A model generated the notes under the pieces. That model searched no databases and was not told where the DNA came from. It worked only from the letters and a program-made list of their open reading frames with translations. From NCBI GenBank assembly GCA_009859145.1, contig VRVR01000022.1, positions 1 to 64,000 on the forward strand: a DNA stretch of 64,000 nt, in the 5' to 3' direction. Each line of letters starts with the position of its first letter. Positions within the stretch are counted from its first letter, which is position 1. The translations under genes were made by a program, and so were the position numbers. Source of the stretch: Andalucia godoyi And28. Its lineage: Eukaryota; Protista; Jakobida. Of this stretch, positions 9,273-19,600 are shown in pieces.

Positions 9273-10745
9273 ATGACTCCGTCTCTGAATCTTTCGGCGC
9301 TCAAGTCCTTCATCGATGCGGAATTCGATGCCACCGCTCTTCCTGCCATCATGGAAGCGGTCCGCGTGCCGTCGCAGTCCCCGAATTTTGACCCAGAGGT
9401 GCTGACCAATGGACTTCAAGAACAGGTTCTCGAGATTCTTCTTGGGTGGGTGGCGAAGCAGATGGTTTCTGGAATGAGCGTGCACGTCAACAAGATCGAA
9501 GGCCGCACTCCGTTGCTGTTCATCGAAATTCCTGCATTCGGCGGGTACGCAACGCCCTCGGACACCATCCTCTTGTACGGTCACGCGGACAAGCAGCCTC
9601 CAGGCCCGCTGGATACGTGGCACGAAGGACTGCATCCGTACATTCCCGTCATCCGCAACAACAATGGGGAAGACTATCTGTACGGCCGGGCAGGTGCCGA
9701 CGACCTGTATGCGCTGTTCGCGTCGCTGCTGGCCATCCAGGGTCTGCAGAGACAAAATGCCCCGCATCCGCGCTGCGTTGTGCTGATCGAGTTTTCCGAA
9801 GAATCTGGGTCTCCGGATCTGGAGGCGCACATCCAGTCGCTCAAGTCGCGCATTGGAACGCCCTTTTTGGTCGTCTGCTTGGACTCCGGCACCGTCGGAT
9901 ACGATGTGCTGTCGGTGACGACGTCGCTTCGCGGAGTGTGTGTTGGCACGCTCAAGGTGGAGGTCGCATCGGTGGGATCCCATTCGGGAGATGCCTCTGG
10001 AATCATGCCGGATTCCTTCATGATTGCCCGTCATCTGCTGGACCGTGTCGAGGACTCGGCGACGGGAAACGTCAGGCTGCGGGAGTTGCACGTTGAGATT
10101 CCCGAAGAGCGGTCTGCCCAAGCGGGTGCGTTGGCACAGAACCTTGGGCGATCCGAAGTGATTGACCGCTATCCGTTCCTGGAGGGGGTCCGTGCCATCG
10201 ACGGGTACTCGCTGCACGAGTATGTGCTGAACCGCACGTGGAGACCGACGGTCACGGTCGTGGGAGCGGACGGGTTGCCGTCAGTGCAGAACGGCGGAAA
10301 CGTGCTGCGTCCATTTACCACGTTGAAGGTATCTGTCCGCCTGCCGCCGACGCTCGACGCAGCTGTTGCGGCTGCGGCACTCGAGCGAGAGCTTTGTCGC
10401 GATCCGCCACATGGTGCGAAGGTCACTGCGGATTTCACAGGCCATGGAGCAAGCGGATGGAACGCGCCCGCCACCAAGCCGTGGATGCACGCCGCCATCA
10501 AAGCCGCATCGGACAACGTGTTCCACAAGGACTATTTGGGCTATGGGGAGGGCGGAAGCATCCCGTTCATGGGATTCCTGGGTCGCACGTATCCGGAGGC
10601 GCAGTTCCTCATCACGGGTGTTTTGGGACCGGGAAACTGCTGCCACGGACCGAATGAAAACATGAACATTCCGTACACCAAGAAGATCACCAATGTCGTT
10701 GCGCAGGTGATTGCGTTCGCTGGTCACAACTACTCTCACAAGTGA
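9273..10745 (+). CDS. M20/M25/M40 family metallopeptidase (DapE/ArgE/dipeptidase-like, 490 aa)
   Basis: Metal-binding and family motifs LLYGHADKQP, LYGRAGADD, EFSEESGS, CLDSG, HSG, GGSIPFM and HGPNE. Start placed at ATG 9273 (MTPSLNL). Confidence 0.93.
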   Translation: MTPSLNLSALKSFIDAEFDATALPAIMEAVRVPSQSPNFDPEVLTNGLQEQVLEILLGWVAKQMVSGMSVHVNKIEGRTPLLFIEIPAFGGYATPSDTILLYGHADKQPPGPLDTWHEGLHPYIPVIRNNNGEDYLYGRAGADDLYALFASLLAIQGLQRQNAPHPRCVVLIEFSEESGSPDLEAHIQSLKSRIGTPFLVVCLDSGTVGYDVLSVTTSLRGVCVGTLKVEVASVGSHSGDASGIMPDSFMIARHLLDRVEDSATGNVRLRELHVEIPEERSAQAGALAQNLGRSEVIDRYPFLEGVRAIDGYSLHEYVLNRTWRPTVTVVGADGLPSVQNGGNVLRPFTTLKVSVRLPPTLDAAVAAAALERELCRDPPHGAKVTADFTGHGASGWNAPATKPWMHAAIKAASDNVFHKDYLGYGEGGSIPFMGFLGRTYPEAQFLITGVLGPGNCCHGPNENMNIPYTKKITNVVAQVIAFAGHNYSHK

Positions 10746-11188
10746 TCGCGAAATCCGCGTGTACGGATGTCTGCATCTGTGTGTACGGATGTGTGTGTAT
10801 TTTACGTTTTCGACATGGATGTAAAAAGAGAATGCCGAATGTGTTCGCACTCAACAGTATATGCAAACCAATCGCTCGCACATGTCCACTATCGCAGAGA
10901 CTGGACACCAAACAACCGAGCATCGACAATGTCTCGCCTGCTGCTCCGAACACGGACATAATTCCACCGTTGCAAAATATACAAACCAAGAAACACGAGC
11001 GTCAGAACAGACTTCCAATTGAACTTGAAGCTCCAAGGAAACCCGATCCTTCTTCGGAATGGCAGCAAGTCGCCCGGCAACCACCAAAACGAAGCACGGA
11101 GATCTTCCAGGCTGAAGGAGGCAACGAACGACGCATCTGACCAAAAAGACGGCATCCACTTTCGCACCAGCACCGGGACTCGGGAGCG

Positions 11189-11232
11189 GTCTCTCCCTCT
11201 CTCTCTGTCTGTCTGTCTGTCTGTCTGTCTGT
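11189..11232. repeat. (CT)n/(CTGT)n microsatellite
   Basis: Directly visible. Confidence 0.9.
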
Positions 11233-11341
11233 GCGTCTTGCTTCTCTCAGAGTGGCAACAAAATAAACAGGAAGGAGAAGTGCGTGCCATCCGGAAGTCA
11301 AGAAATCTCCGGCGCACTACGAACGATGAGGGGCATTTTGT

Positions 11342-14300
11342 TTACATGGTGAGGCGACGGGAAATGTCGTCAAATGTCTTCTTGGAAGGGGCGTGCCGGA
11401 ATCGCGTCCATACCCAATAGCCAACGAGAATGAGAGAAGCGAAAGAGGCGGCAAGAGCACACCAGACGAGCGCAACGAGGTACGTCGGTGGATCATTCGG
11501 AGATTCTGCGCCGCCATTCGCGGTAGCACTCGTCGTGGATCCGTCCGTCACAACGACCTCCACGACCAAAGGAGACGATTTCAGGGTGGTGTCCACTTGC
11601 ACACCATACGGCCCCATGACCTCCGCTCCGTACAAGAACGATCCTGTGAGCGAAAGATACACCGAGCAGCTCTCATTGAATGTGAGGAGCCCATCGTCTG
11701 GGACGGCAGTCCAGTCCAGCGCCGTGCTGCTCTTCGCCACGAGTGCTGCAGAGGGCTTCTCGGTAGCATAAAACATCTTGTGGCGATTCTTGAGCAGCGA
11801 TCCAAAGGACACCGTCTTTGCGGTGCCCGTGAAGGGAGAACTGGACGCAACGGATAGACTCGATGACTGCAGCAGCGTCAGGATTTTGAATCGCATCACC
11901 GACAGAACGGATGTCAAGTTCTTTTGTGTGTGCAGGCAGTAGGCGGACACCGTGCATTCACCCTCAAACTCGCACACCACGATTGCGGACGTGTTGGTGA
12001 CGGAAACAAAGGCCCCGGACGAAGAGTTGGACGACTTTGAAATCACGGAAACGACCAGGTGATTCCTGACGTTCGCACAGGAAACCACGATGGACGCAGG
12101 CGAAAACAGGATGGAATCATTCACCGGGTTCAGTGGCGTCATGGCCGCAGGCTCTACAACTTCGTCGAGGACCAGAATGTTGGCGGATGCGGTGGGAGAC
12201 TGCCAATAAGACCCCAGCACGCAGTATGCATGGGACACATAGGACCCGGCGTCGAGCACAGAAAACGTCGCGGCCGTCGGACCAAACGAAGTCCCGTACA
12301 GCAGCAGGCCATCTCCAAACACTTGAATGAAGGCGACCGTGGATGCCGCGCAATCGGCAGACGCAATCGCAGATCTGTTGAGGTTGCCCATCGTGACCGA
12401 GACCCGGGGTGCTGGAATGACCGGGTCGTACTGAGCGGTCTGGGACATGACGGTAGACTGGCCATCCGGATTGCGGATGGACAGCGCGCGGATCTGCAGC
12501 ACGATGTTGGTCGCGTTCTCTTGGACGGACAAGTGGACCGGACTCGAATACGCAAGCCACGCACCAGAATCGATTTGGTACAGAACGGCATCGGAGACGT
12601 TCACTCTCGCAATGGTCACCGTGAAGCCGGTGAACGTCGTCTGGATCTGCACAGACGGAGCCTCGACTTTTGTCGCAAAATAGTACCACCCGCACGTGAA
12701 CGCACTCGCCAGCTCCACCAGCACGTTTCGACGAATGCTGCGGACGCACACGGATGCATTTGCGGACGGCACATACGGGAGCCGCACGGAGCTGGCCGAC
12801 GTGAAGAACGACGAGTTTGTTTTCGACACAATGCCGACTTCAAATATCGTATACGAGAGCAATTCGGATGCGGTGGACACATTCGTAAACGACAGGTCCA
12901 AGAAATCAATGGCTGTGCTCGACGCGGGAAACAAGACTGGAGCGGACGGAGGACACACAATCTGAAGCGTGACGGACACGTTGGCAGACACGGTTCCACT
13001 TGGCAGTCTGCTTCGCACAAGGATGGTTGCCAGAATATCTTCATCGCTGACGCAACTGCGCGAATACCGATGCGTCTCCAGAGTTCGGAACGTCGGCGAT
13101 GGCAGCTCCAAGACTTCAAGCGTCGCATTCGAGGTCGCCTCCAGCTGAATCGGAAGCACGGCTTCTCGCGAAAACAGGCTGCCGTTCAAGAGAACAATTG
13201 GTACGGGAGCGTACGGAGGGCGCAGCGACGGATCCTTGAAGAACGCATACGACTGCTCCAAAACGGCCGGCAGATAAAACGATTTCGAAATTCGGAACTT
13301 CAGCAGGCAACTGTCTTCGATGCTGATATTGCGCACGAAAGGTCGCCAGGCCACCGTCACAGACCCATTCAGTCGCTCCAGCTGGAACAAGATGGATGCT
13401 CGAACGGGGTTGCTGATGGAAAACGACAGCGGGTTCCAAAATGCGGAACCGTTGAGCAGATTCGGAGAGAAATCGGCCTCTTTCAGCTCGTAAAACACGG
13501 AAAATTCCCTCATTACCGCATCGGAGGACTGCAGAGATCGTGCAGAGAAACACAGAGCCCCAATGGAGTATGTTCCGATGACAGAAATGTTGAGCAACTG
13601 AGTCCCGTCCGGACTTGTGCTGTCCACCATCTGGCCGCCGTTGATCGAATAGCGCGGAGTGGACGAGTTGCAAGCTATGTGGATGGAGACATTGCCGATG
13701 TGGCTTGTCTGCGGAGGACTCACAGTCGGTGCGCTCGGTCTCACTTGCGAAATGTCCTGAACCACGGAGACATCGCGAAGAACAGGCATCGAATCCGCCC
13801 AACCAGCGCCTGCACACATGAATCGATACACCCCGGACCCAGCAATGACCACTTTCCTGGGGCTTGCTAGCTTTCCGCCTTCGGGCGGGCTAGACGAAAA
13901 GGAAGCCCTGCAACCCGCGTTGGGACAGCCGATGTCCACGGACACCGATGCAAAAAACGTGCCGTTGAGCACCGAGACGGTCGGCGGGTCGCAACGCGGG
14001 AGAATCGTGAATCGTCGCTCCAGCACATCACTGTTGAAAAATCCGGGTCTTGTGGAATAGACCCGCACCAGCAGGACCGTCGGGCGCGGGGCGATGGCGC
14101 GATCAAAGCACACAGAGACGCTCCCATTCGTCGCGTTGAACGGCTGGTTTTGCAAGGACAGCAGCAGCTGGGACGCGTCGAGCGATGAAACTACGAGAGT
14201 GACGCATTCCACGTGAACTGCGGTCTCCGGTGCGAGGAGCGGCATATGCGACTTTTCCATGACTGCATATGCGACCGAGACAACAGGACTGCTCAGCGAA

Positions 14301-16663
14301 TATCCCGAGACCGATCGGAAGCATCCGCAGCTGAACGTCAGGTTGCCGGTGACGTTCGCAACGAACCCCGCTGCCAGGATGGACGAGGCATTCGTGACGA
14401 TCGTTGCTCCGGTAGCGAACCGTGCGACGGAGGAAGCTGGAGATGGGCACTGGCACATCACCTCGGAGTTGATGGCCAGCGCTCCTGCGAGCGGTCGAAC
14501 AACCGGGGAGGCGGGGGAGCAGAGAAGCGAGCCGGCGGACTGCAGCACAGAAGACGGCAGATAGCCAGGGAAGACAGCGCGAAAAGACTCCGCGACGCTC
14601 CGATCTCCCGAACTCGAGCAGTTGAGCAAAAATTCCGGCTGCGACAAATTGGTCCACGAACCTCCCACAAGTCGCTGAAGCGTACTGGCAGAAGGATCCG
14701 GCAGTAATCGCCAGTGCACGGAATCGACCCAGTGTGCGGCGAGCGGGAACGGAACGAGATCCAAGGACACTGTTTTCGGAAACAACGAAGAATTCTGGAA
14801 AAAGTAGTAGGAGCCCATGAAGGTCGGGGACGGATCGAAGTAGTCCTTTTCGAAGAACACGTGTACCCAGGAGGTGTTTCGAAGCACAAGGGGTGCGGTA
14901 TAAACGACACGCGAACCTACGGGCGACGATGTCTGCGACACTTCGACCTGAATTCGCGTATCCAGTACTGCAGATTGGAGAGTGACAGCCAGATCGAGCC
15001 CAAACTGCGTCATGTTGCTGCACGATACGGTGAGATCCGACGCGGTAAAGGTGCCCGCGACGCGGAACCGGGAGTAAAACAAATCCGACGTCCCGTCATA
15101 GTCGGGGGCAACCGCAATGGCTCGCAACGACACGTATCCAAACGCCGTGAAGGACAGGGCATTGGTATAGATCGATGCATTGGCCAGCAGCGGATTGGTG
15201 TCATCCAGAGTGTATCGGATGGTGCAATTGGGTTCCAGACAGCGGAGTTGCACGGAAGCTCCTTGGACGCAAGCCAGTCCAGCGCAGCCTTGCACAGTGG
15301 CAGCCGGGCGTGCTGGATATCGGTTTTGCAGCACGTAGAAAGGCCCGGCAGCCACCGCGGTGCTGGGCAGCCAACCGGCCCGCGCGCAGAAGCACCGCAG
15401 CACCGATACGGAGTCGTACAGTCGCAGCGTGCGATTGACAATCTGCGGGGAGGATAGTGACGGTGCCGAACCGTCGGTGGTGCAGTATGCAGTGGACAAG
15501 CCGTCCGTGCAAACAACCCCAACAGGAGACACCTTGTAGCTGAAGCCGGAGGGTCCTGCAATGCTTGGCGCAGACGAAATGGCAGCAATATCGTACACGC
15601 ACGTCAGCACGGAGCTGTCGAACCCAACGTACCGATTCACAGAGTACAGCGTAATCGTTGTCGAGTTGCGCGAGCTGGACGCATCAAATGCAAATGTCAA
15701 TGCGGAAGAGTACTTCAAGGAAACATTCGAGGCCGCGAACCCGTAGAAGACGCCAGTGAGGCCGGAAGACGATGCCAGCGACACGGACACGGATCCTGTG
15801 TACGACCCTCCGGCAGGCGAGCAGGTCACGGGCGGCGAAACGGGACGAATCTCATAGTCGACTCTCGACACAGGGCTGCGAACATACACGGAATCTACCG
15901 CGTGCACGCTGACTGCGTACACCGAGTAGTTGCCGTGAATGGAGAGGGTGAACGGCGCCACATACTCGGTGAGCGAACTGACCGATGACGCAGCGGTGAT
16001 GGGCGAATTCAGCGAATAGTACGTCACGCACGGGGTCTGGCACGCCGAGGCATTGATGCTCACTTTGATGGAACTGGTGGACACGAACGCGGCGGGGGCT
16101 AGAATCGGCGGCAGCGGAGAGCACACCACGGTGATGCTGTCGACTACCAGATCCGACCAGTCCAAGTCTGCTGTGCGAGACTTGGAGTACAGGGTGACGC
16201 TGAAATCGGCATTCGATGTGCATGCAAAGAGATACGAGGTTGTGTTTGTGAACGTCACTCCGTCCACGGACGTCGACAGCTCGCAGGATTCATTCAGCGA
16301 TGTGTACGATAGAAAGGCCGACACCTCAAACGTCCTGGCAGACGATGTCAGCGAGGGCGCGGGACAGTGCGGAGGGCGCAGGGACTCGTCGAACACGTAC
16401 AGATGCAATCCAAGAGGAAGCATTGGTGGATAGCCTCCAGAGACGTTTGCAAGGAGCTCTACTTGCGAAGTGGAACGAAGAAGCAGCGTCGGTGACAGAA
16501 GCGGCACCAGGACACCGGTCGACGCCTGAAAGTACTGTGCAAGAAAGGAGGTGGCAAGGAAGTGGTGACATTGACCTCGAGGCTGCCCCAGAAGGCCGTC
16601 AAGTTGGACGGAGACAGTGTGAAATCGCTGGTGCGAATGTAGCGCAGCACAGGGAAGGACCAC
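11342..16663 (-). CDS. C-terminal half of giant surface protein: tandem chitobiase/beta-hexosaminidase C-terminal-like (CHB_HEX_C/Fn3-associated) repeats, TM helix, short tail
   Basis: Repeated P-x-P-x-x-x-P...G...V-x-L...IxYTxDG...YxxPxxL...xxxA units (e.g. CLEPNCTIRYTLDDTNPLLANASIYTNALSF). TM YLVALVWCALAASFASLILVGYWVW followed by TRFRH. There is no credible start of its own, and it overlaps the upstream ORF in another frame. Confidence 0.8.
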   Translation of the reverse strand: MVLPCAALHSHQRFHTVSVQLDGLLGQPRGQCHHFLATSFLAQYFQASTGVLVPLLSPTLLLRSTSQVELLANVSGGYPPMLPLGLHLYVFDESLRPPHCPAPSLTSSARTFEVSAFLSYTSLNESCELSTSVDGVTFTNTTSYLFACTSNADFSVTLYSKSRTADLDWSDLVVDSITVVCSPLPPILAPAAFVSTSSIKVSINASACQTPCVTYYSLNSPITAASSVSSLTEYVAPFTLSIHGNYSVYAVSVHAVDSVYVRSPVSRVDYEIRPVSPPVTCSPAGGSYTGSVSVSLASSSGLTGVFYGFAASNVSLKYSSALTFAFDASSSRNSTTITLYSVNRYVGFDSSVLTCVYDIAAISSAPSIAGPSGFSYKVSPVGVVCTDGLSTAYCTTDGSAPSLSSPQIVNRTLRLYDSVSVLRCFCARAGWLPSTAVAAGPFYVLQNRYPARPAATVQGCAGLACVQGASVQLRCLEPNCTIRYTLDDTNPLLANASIYTNALSFTAFGYVSLRAIAVAPDYDGTSDLFYSRFRVAGTFTASDLTVSCSNMTQFGLDLAVTLQSAVLDTRIQVEVSQTSSPVGSRVVYTAPLVLRNTSWVHVFFEKDYFDPSPTFMGSYYFFQNSSLFPKTVSLDLVPFPLAAHWVDSVHWRLLPDPSASTLQRLVGGSWTNLSQPEFLLNCSSSGDRSVAESFRAVFPGYLPSSVLQSAGSLLCSPASPVVRPLAGALAINSEVMCQCPSPASSVARFATGATIVTNASSILAAGFVANVTGNLTFSCGCFRSVSGYSLSSPVVSVAYAVMEKSHMPLLAPETAVHVECVTLVVSSLDASQLLLSLQNQPFNATNGSVSVCFDRAIAPRPTVLLVRVYSTRPGFFNSDVLERRFTILPRCDPPTVSVLNGTFFASVSVDIGCPNAGCRASFSSSPPEGGKLASPRKVVIAGSGVYRFMCAGAGWADSMPVLRDVSVVQDISQVRPSAPTVSPPQTSHIGNVSIHIACNSSTPRYSINGGQMVDSTSPDGTQLLNISVIGTYSIGALCFSARSLQSSDAVMREFSVFYELKEADFSPNLLNGSAFWNPLSFSISNPVRASILFQLERLNGSVTVAWRPFVRNISIEDSCLLKFRISKSFYLPAVLEQSYAFFKDPSLRPPYAPVPIVLLNGSLFSREAVLPIQLEATSNATLEVLELPSPTFRTLETHRYSRSCVSDEDILATILVRSRLPSGTVSANVSVTLQIVCPPSAPVLFPASSTAIDFLDLSFTNVSTASELLSYTIFEVGIVSKTNSSFFTSASSVRLPYVPSANASVCVRSIRRNVLVELASAFTCGWYYFATKVEAPSVQIQTTFTGFTVTIARVNVSDAVLYQIDSGAWLAYSSPVHLSVQENATNIVLQIRALSIRNPDGQSTVMSQTAQYDPVIPAPRVSVTMGNLNRSAIASADCAASTVAFIQVFGDGLLLYGTSFGPTAATFSVLDAGSYVSHAYCVLGSYWQSPTASANILVLDEVVEPAAMTPLNPVNDSILFSPASIVVSCANVRNHLVVSVISKSSNSSSGAFVSVTNTSAIVVCEFEGECTVSAYCLHTQKNLTSVLSVMRFKILTLLQSSSLSVASSSPFTGTAKTVSFGSLLKNRHKMFYATEKPSAALVAKSSTALDWTAVPDDGLLTFNESCSVYLSLTGSFLYGAEVMGPYGVQVDTTLKSSPLVVEVVVTDGSTTSATANGGAESPNDPPTYLVALVWCALAASFASLILVGYWVWTRFRHAPSKKTFDDISRRLTM

Positions 16664-19600
16664 GACGAGGAGCTCTCAGGAACGTCAAACTCCGGAGCTA
16701 CTGTCAATGCACGAATTGTGGCAACGCCGGGACTTACGAAAAACGGAGCGACGAACAAAGTAGTCGGTTGGCTTGCATTCAAGCTGTAGTACACAGAACA
16801 CGAGGCCTCCAGACATGTAAAGGACAGCGGCGTCAGATCGTGAACGATCGACAACGGGCCTGTGGAGAGCAGGGGGGCTTGTGGATACCGGAAACTGACA
16901 ATTTGCAGGAACAGCATCAACAGCGTGGAATCGTACCAGGCGTCTTTGCGACAGTATGCAGTCACATTGGTCAGTCCACCTGCCGTTATGACAAGCACAA
17001 TCTCGGAGGCGTTCTTGTTGTCCGTGGATACACGGCTGCCATTCTGAAACAGCATCAGGTACCCTGCAGAGCAGGTCATCCTGACCGTTGCCCGCTTGTA
17101 GAACTCCCCCGATGACACATTCGACGACGGTACGGCGGCCTGTGGCGCAAGAACATACGACTTTGTCACGACAGACGAATTCACCCAGTTTGCCTGGCCC
17201 GAGAATGCTCGGATGATCCTCGTCGTGTTCAGCGGAGCAATCGCTTCATTGAAGCCGAGAATAGCACTTTCATTCATTTGCTGGAAAGAAGTGGCGTCAT
17301 CCAGCGCGTAGTAAAGCAGCGAACAGGCGGACGACAGTCGAACATCCACGAAGCCAACGTGGAAAGCAGAGGTCGGACTGAAACTTGGCGCGAGGCAAGG
17401 ATTCAATACATCAAACAAGACGGTGGCTACACTGCTGTATAACGCAGTGTCCAACACCACTCGCTTGTTGTAGCAAGAAATGTTGTATGCGCCTACTGCC
17501 AATGGTTTGATCGGCTGAGAATAGATATCGAATACAGAAACAGTAGGACCGTGGAAATAATAATACGTGTCGGTGTCCTGGAGAGCATCCGGGAACCCTT
17601 TTTCAATCGACACAAAATTTCCAAGAGGAAATGGAAGAGTGCCTAGAGAAACCACTGGTTTTGGAGGAGAACAAAAAATGCCCACTCCGAAAGATAAAAT
17701 GGCAGAAGGAATAAATCCTTCCCGCATGCCACGAACTCGAAACTGGAATGAACTATCTCCAACGGTTTTGTTGCATTCGATACGTACACTTGAGCCATTC
17801 ATCTGCACAAACGGGTCCGAACCGACAGAATACATAAATACAACGTTGGGGGTGGCAGAGGAAAAGTTGGCGGTAAAGACATCAAAATAGGAGCTGGATC
17901 CAACAATACTGCTGAAAACCGGCTTCACTTGGGGTTGAACACGAACGATAGTCCAAACGGAGGCAGCGGACGTGTAATATTGCTTAGTGCAAGAAAATGA
18001 GACGTTAAATACAGCAAAGCCCTCCGTAGCGACCAGCGCGGATCCTAATACTGGCGCCGATGAAGAACCATTGGCAGAATAAGTAAACTCAGGAACTGTA
18101 GAACAAGCCGGAGTGCAACTGCAAACTGCATTCAATGGATAAGAATCCGCAGCCACCCCAACTTGCTGCCCAACTGTGACCTGCAGTGCTCCGAAGAAAA
18201 TATAAGGAACGCTGACAGGCCGCCCAGTGACGGTGCCTTGGGAAACATCGAGTCGCAAGTTCCAAAAGCCGACGGTCGGGGCGGTGGTGGGACTGCTGTA
18301 TGCCGCGACAGTCGAGTCGTTCCACCGAAAGGATACCACAGGGGAGATTTCCCAGGCAGAGGTCTCTGGATTGGTAACCGTCACCGAGATTGGGCTGGGA
18401 AACGCGTACGGACCAGGAGAATTCGGCGTCGTTTCTAATCGCAGCGGCTCGCGACATGATTCATAGTACGGCACCGTTGCATCAACACAGATGCAACGAG
18501 AACGCAGGGGATCGAGATGCAGAAATGACCCCAGGTTGCAGGGGACGCGCATCAGATATGCGGATCGGAGCGTGCCAGCGGTCACCCACCATGCATCAGA
18601 CAATACAGGGTGGCTGCCGGCCACATCTGGAGTGCCAAGCGGGACGGTAAGAACTGCAGACAGATGGTTTTTGCTGTCGCCAGTCAAGAAGGACGACGAC
18701 CCCAAGACTCGGATGCTCTTCACTGCCGACGTCGCGTCGGGAAAATTGAAGAGCCCGACGCGGGAAATCTGCACATCGGACGGGAACTGAACGCGCAGGC
18801 TGAAGAAAAAGTCCGTGGAGGAAACAATGGCATCTTGCAAGCTGCCTCCAGACACGAGGTCCATGCAGGATCTTCCATTCACGAACGTGAGGGTCGCCGT
18901 GCAAGACTGCGGGACCAGCGCCGCCCCCGTGGGGGAATAGAAAAATATCCTTCTTGGGTAAATCTTGCCGCTTGATCCGGTGTAGTAGTTGTCGGAATGC
19001 GCGTAGAGATGTGGCGATTCGATGGTAACCGACTGCAGAGAAGCGACAACCAGGGATCCTTCCAGCGGAACACAGCGCAAGCTCGGCGACCGTGAGAATC
19101 CGGCAGGACACGCCGGAGCATGCCAAAAGGAAACGGCGCTCCCTCGAGTTTCATGGCAGTCCGCATCGCACCAACTCCCTTTGAGCGCTGCACAGCATGC
19201 CCTCGGTGACATGGACTCCGCTCCGAGGGAAGCAGGAATGGGAAGCCCCGAAGATCGAACACTCACATCGGTGAGCATTCCGTAGAACGGCATCGACCCG
19301 CCGCCAAATGAGCCGCCAAAATGAGCGAATGAGCGCTCTCCGCACGGCAAGTACTGGCTTGCGAGATTCCATTGCAGGACATATTCTTGATCCACCAGTA
19401 CGCTGATCCGTCCGCCGGCCTTCATGATTGAAATGTGAGAAGCCCTGAAGCCAATGGAAAAGTGATTTGATCGCGCTGAAGCGGCGGCATTGGAACCACA
19501 CAAAACAGAGAGGTAGAGCGTACCTTGAAGGATCGAAGGATCGGAAAATAGGATCAGATGCCATATGCCGGGTACCCCTGCCAGCGTGCTATTGCCACTC

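Noticed and set aside
9066-10217. Long antisense and alternate-frame ORFs (also 12059-13870, 34898-36103, 46295-47350, 52155-52991, 57953-58894)
   Set aside because: These are shadows of well-supported genes on the opposite strand and have no recognisable motifs.
10832-11140. 102-aa ORF MPNVFALNSICKPIAR in the M20-giant gene spacer
   Set aside because: No recognisable features or homology; could be real but is unsupported.
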